This document shows, in pieces, positions 61,147-64,000 of a stretch of DNA of 64,000 bases. The number at the start of each line of letters is the position of its first letter. Position 1 is the stretch's first letter. Under the pieces are notes generated by a model. It was not told the DNA's origin. It did no database searches and saw only the letters and a list, made by a program, of their open reading frames with translations. The translations under genes were made by a program, and so were the position numbers. Origin of the DNA: Macrostomum lignano. Lineage: Eukaryota. The stretch lies in assembly GCA_002269645.1 (NCBI GenBank), contig NIVC01000646.1, positions 186,001 through 250,000 on the forward strand, written 5' to 3'.

Positions 61147-64000
61147 CTATATGGAATCTAGTTTAGCGTCTATGGAATCTAGTTTAGCGTCTATGGAATC
61201 TAGTTTAGCGTCTATGGAATCTAGTTTAGCGTCTATAGAATCTGATCTAGCGTCTTTGGAATCTAGTTTAGCGCCTATAGAATCTACTTTAGCGTCTATA
61301 GAATCTAGTTTAGCGTCTATGGAATCTAGCTTAGCGTCCATAGAATCTAGTTTAGCGTCTATAGAATCTAGTTTAGCGTCTTTAGAATCTAGCTTAGCGT
61401 CTATAGAATCTAGTTTAGCGTCTATAGAATCTAGTTTAGCGTCTTTAGAATCTAGCTTAGCGTCCATAGAATCTAGTTTAGCGTCTATAGAATCTAGTTT
61501 AGCGTCTATAGAATCTAGCTTAGCGTCTATAGAATCTAGTTTAGCGTCTATAGAATCTAGTTTAGCGTCTTTAGAATCTAGCTTAGCGTCCATAGAATCT
61601 AGTTTAGCGTCTATAGAATCTAGCTTAGCGTCTATAGAATCTAGTTTAGCGTCTATAGAATCTAGTTTAGCGTCTATAGAATCTAGTTTAGCGTCTATAG
61701 AATCTAGTTTAGCGTCCATAGAATCTAGTTTAGCGTCCATAGAATCTAGTTTAGCGTCTATAGAATCTAGTTTAGCGTCTATAGAATCTAGTTTAGCGTC
61801 TATAGAATCTAGTTTAGCGTCTTTAGAATCTAGCTTAGCGTCTATAGAATCTAGTTTAGCGTCTATAGAATCTAGTTTAGCGTCTTTAGAATCTAGCTTA
61901 GCGTCCATAGAATCTAGTTTAGCGTCTATAGAATCTAGTTTAGCGTCTATAGAATCTAGCTTAGCGTCTATAGAATCTAGTTTAGCGTCTATAGAATCTA
62001 GTTTAGCGTCTTTAGAATCTAGCTTAGCGTCCATAGAATCTAGTTTAGCGTCTATAGAATCTAGTTTAGCGTCTATAGAATCTAGTTTAGCGTCTATAGA
62101 ATCTAGTTTAGCGTCTTTAGAATCTAGCTTAGCGTCCATAGAATCTAGTTTAGCGTCTATAGAATCTAGTTTAGCGTCTATAGAATCTAGTTTAGCGTCT
62201 ATAGAATCTAGTTTAGCGTCTTTAGAATCTAGCTTAGCGTCCATAGAATCTAGTTTAGCGTCTATAGAATCTAGTTTAGCGTCTATAGAATCTAGTTTAG
62301 CGTCTATAGAATCTAGTTTAGCGTCTTTAGAATCTAGCTTAGCGTCTATAGAATCTAGTTTAGCGTCTATAGAATCTAGTTTAGCGTCTTTAGAATCTAG
62401 CTTAGCGTCCATAGAATCTAGTTTAGCGTCTATAGAATCTAGTTTAGCGTCTATAGAATCTAGCTTAGCGTCTATAGAATCTAGTTTAGCGTCTATAGAA
62501 TCTAGTTTAGCGTCTTTAGAATCTAGCTTAGCGTCCATAGAATCTAGTTTAGCGTCTATAGAATCTAGTTTAGCGTCTATAGAATCTAGTTTAGCGTCTA
62601 TAGAATCTAGTTTAGCGTCTTTAGAATCTAGCTTAGCGTCCATAGAATCTAGTTTAGCGTCTATAGAATCTAGTTTAGCGTCTATAGAATCTAGTTTAGC
62701 GTCTATAGAATCTAGTTTAGCGTCTTTAGAATCTAGCTTAGCGTCTTTAGAATCTAGTTTAGCGTCTATAGAATCTAGTTTAGCGTCTATAGAATCTAGT
62801 TTAGCGTCTTTAGAATCTAGCTTAGCGTCCATAGAATCTAGTTTAGCGTCTATAGAATCTAGCTTAGCGTCTATAGAATCTAGTTTAGCGTCTATAGAAT
62901 CTAGTTTAGCGTCTATAGAATCTAGTTTAGCGTCTATAGAATCTAGTTTAGCGTCCATAGAATCTAGTTTAGCGTCTATAGAATCTAGTTTAGCGTCTAT
63001 AGAATCTAGTTTAGCGTCTATAGAATCTAGTTTAGCGTCTATAGAATCTAGTTTAGCGTCTTTAGAATCTAGCTTAGCGTCCATAGAATCTAGTTTAGCG
63101 TCTATAGAATCTGATCTAGCGTCTATAGAATCTAGTTTAGCGTCTATAGAATCTAGTTTAGCGTCTATAGAATCTAGTTTAGCGTCTATAGAATCTAGTT
63201 TAGCGTCTATAGAATCTAGTTTAGCGTCTTTAGAATCTAGCTTAGCGTCTTTAGAATCTAGTTTAGCGTCTATAGAATCTAGTTTAGCGTCTATAGAATC
63301 TAGTTTAGCGTCTTTAGAATCTAGCTTAGCGTCCATAGAATCTAGTTTAGCGTCTATAGAATCTAGCTTAGCGTCTATAGAATCTAGTTTAGCGTCTATA
63401 GAATCTAGTTTAGCGTCTATAGAATCTAGTTTAGCGTCTATAGAATCTAGTTTAGCGTCCATAGAATCTAGTTTAGCGTCTATAGAATCTAGTTTAGCGT
63501 CTATAGAATCTAGTTTAGCGTCTATAGAATCTAGTTTAGCGTCTATAGAATCTAGTTTAGCGTCTTTAGAATCTAGCTTAGCGTCCATAGAATCTAGTTT
63601 AGCGTCTATAGAATCTGATCTAGCGTCTATAGAATCTAGTTTAGCGTCTATAGAATCTAGTTTAGCGTCCATAGAATCTAGTTTAGCGTCTATAGAATCT
63701 AGTTTAGCGTCTATAGAATCTAGTTTAGCGTCTATAGAATCTAGTTTAGCGTCTATAGAATCTAGTTTAGCGTCTATAGAATCTAGTTTAGCGTCTTTAG
63801 AATCTAGCTTAGCGTCTTTAGAATCTAGTTTAGCGTCTATAGAATCTAGTTTAGCGTCTATAGAATCTAGTTTAGCGTCTTTAGAATCTAGCTTAGCGTC
63901 CATAGAATCTAGTTTAGCGTCTATAGAATCTAGCTTAGCGTCTATAGAATCTAGTTTAGCGTCTATAGAATCTAGTTTAGCGTCTATAGAATCTAGTTTA
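61147..64000 (-). repeat. 21-bp tandem array (~135 units, runs off the right edge) with an uninterrupted (LDSIDAK)n reading frame; coding status uncertain
   Basis: Unit CTATAGAATCTAGTTTAGCGT; the 918-aa ORF in the track stops at 61147; no indels seen. Confidence 0.95.

Overview
Eukaryotic (animal) genomic window, with GC-rich exons embedded in AT-rich DNA crowded with minisatellites. The style suggests a free-living flatworm such as Macrostomum; this is an inference, not a database result. It opens with a ~12 kb 25-bp satellite and ends in a 21-bp array with an open heptad reading frame. Genes I can support by reading frames and splice sites by hand: a 3-exon orphan gene (+); three tandem vasa/DDX4 paralogues (-; 3, 7 and 2 CCHC knuckles; the middle copy is a mosaic of its neighbours); Ran (-); a 2-exon secreted Cys-rich peptide gene (-); a 3-exon secreted, extremely cationic SUEL-lectin gene (-) whose first intron is an amplified array of its own signal-peptide exon end plus splice donor; and a single-exon class A GPCR (+). 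Mobile DNA includes tRNA-derived SINEs, MITEs, a ~2 kb foldback-like element, a hAT transposase relic and a 36-bp hairpin with an 8-bp target-site duplication. All exon coordinates and counts were derived manually.
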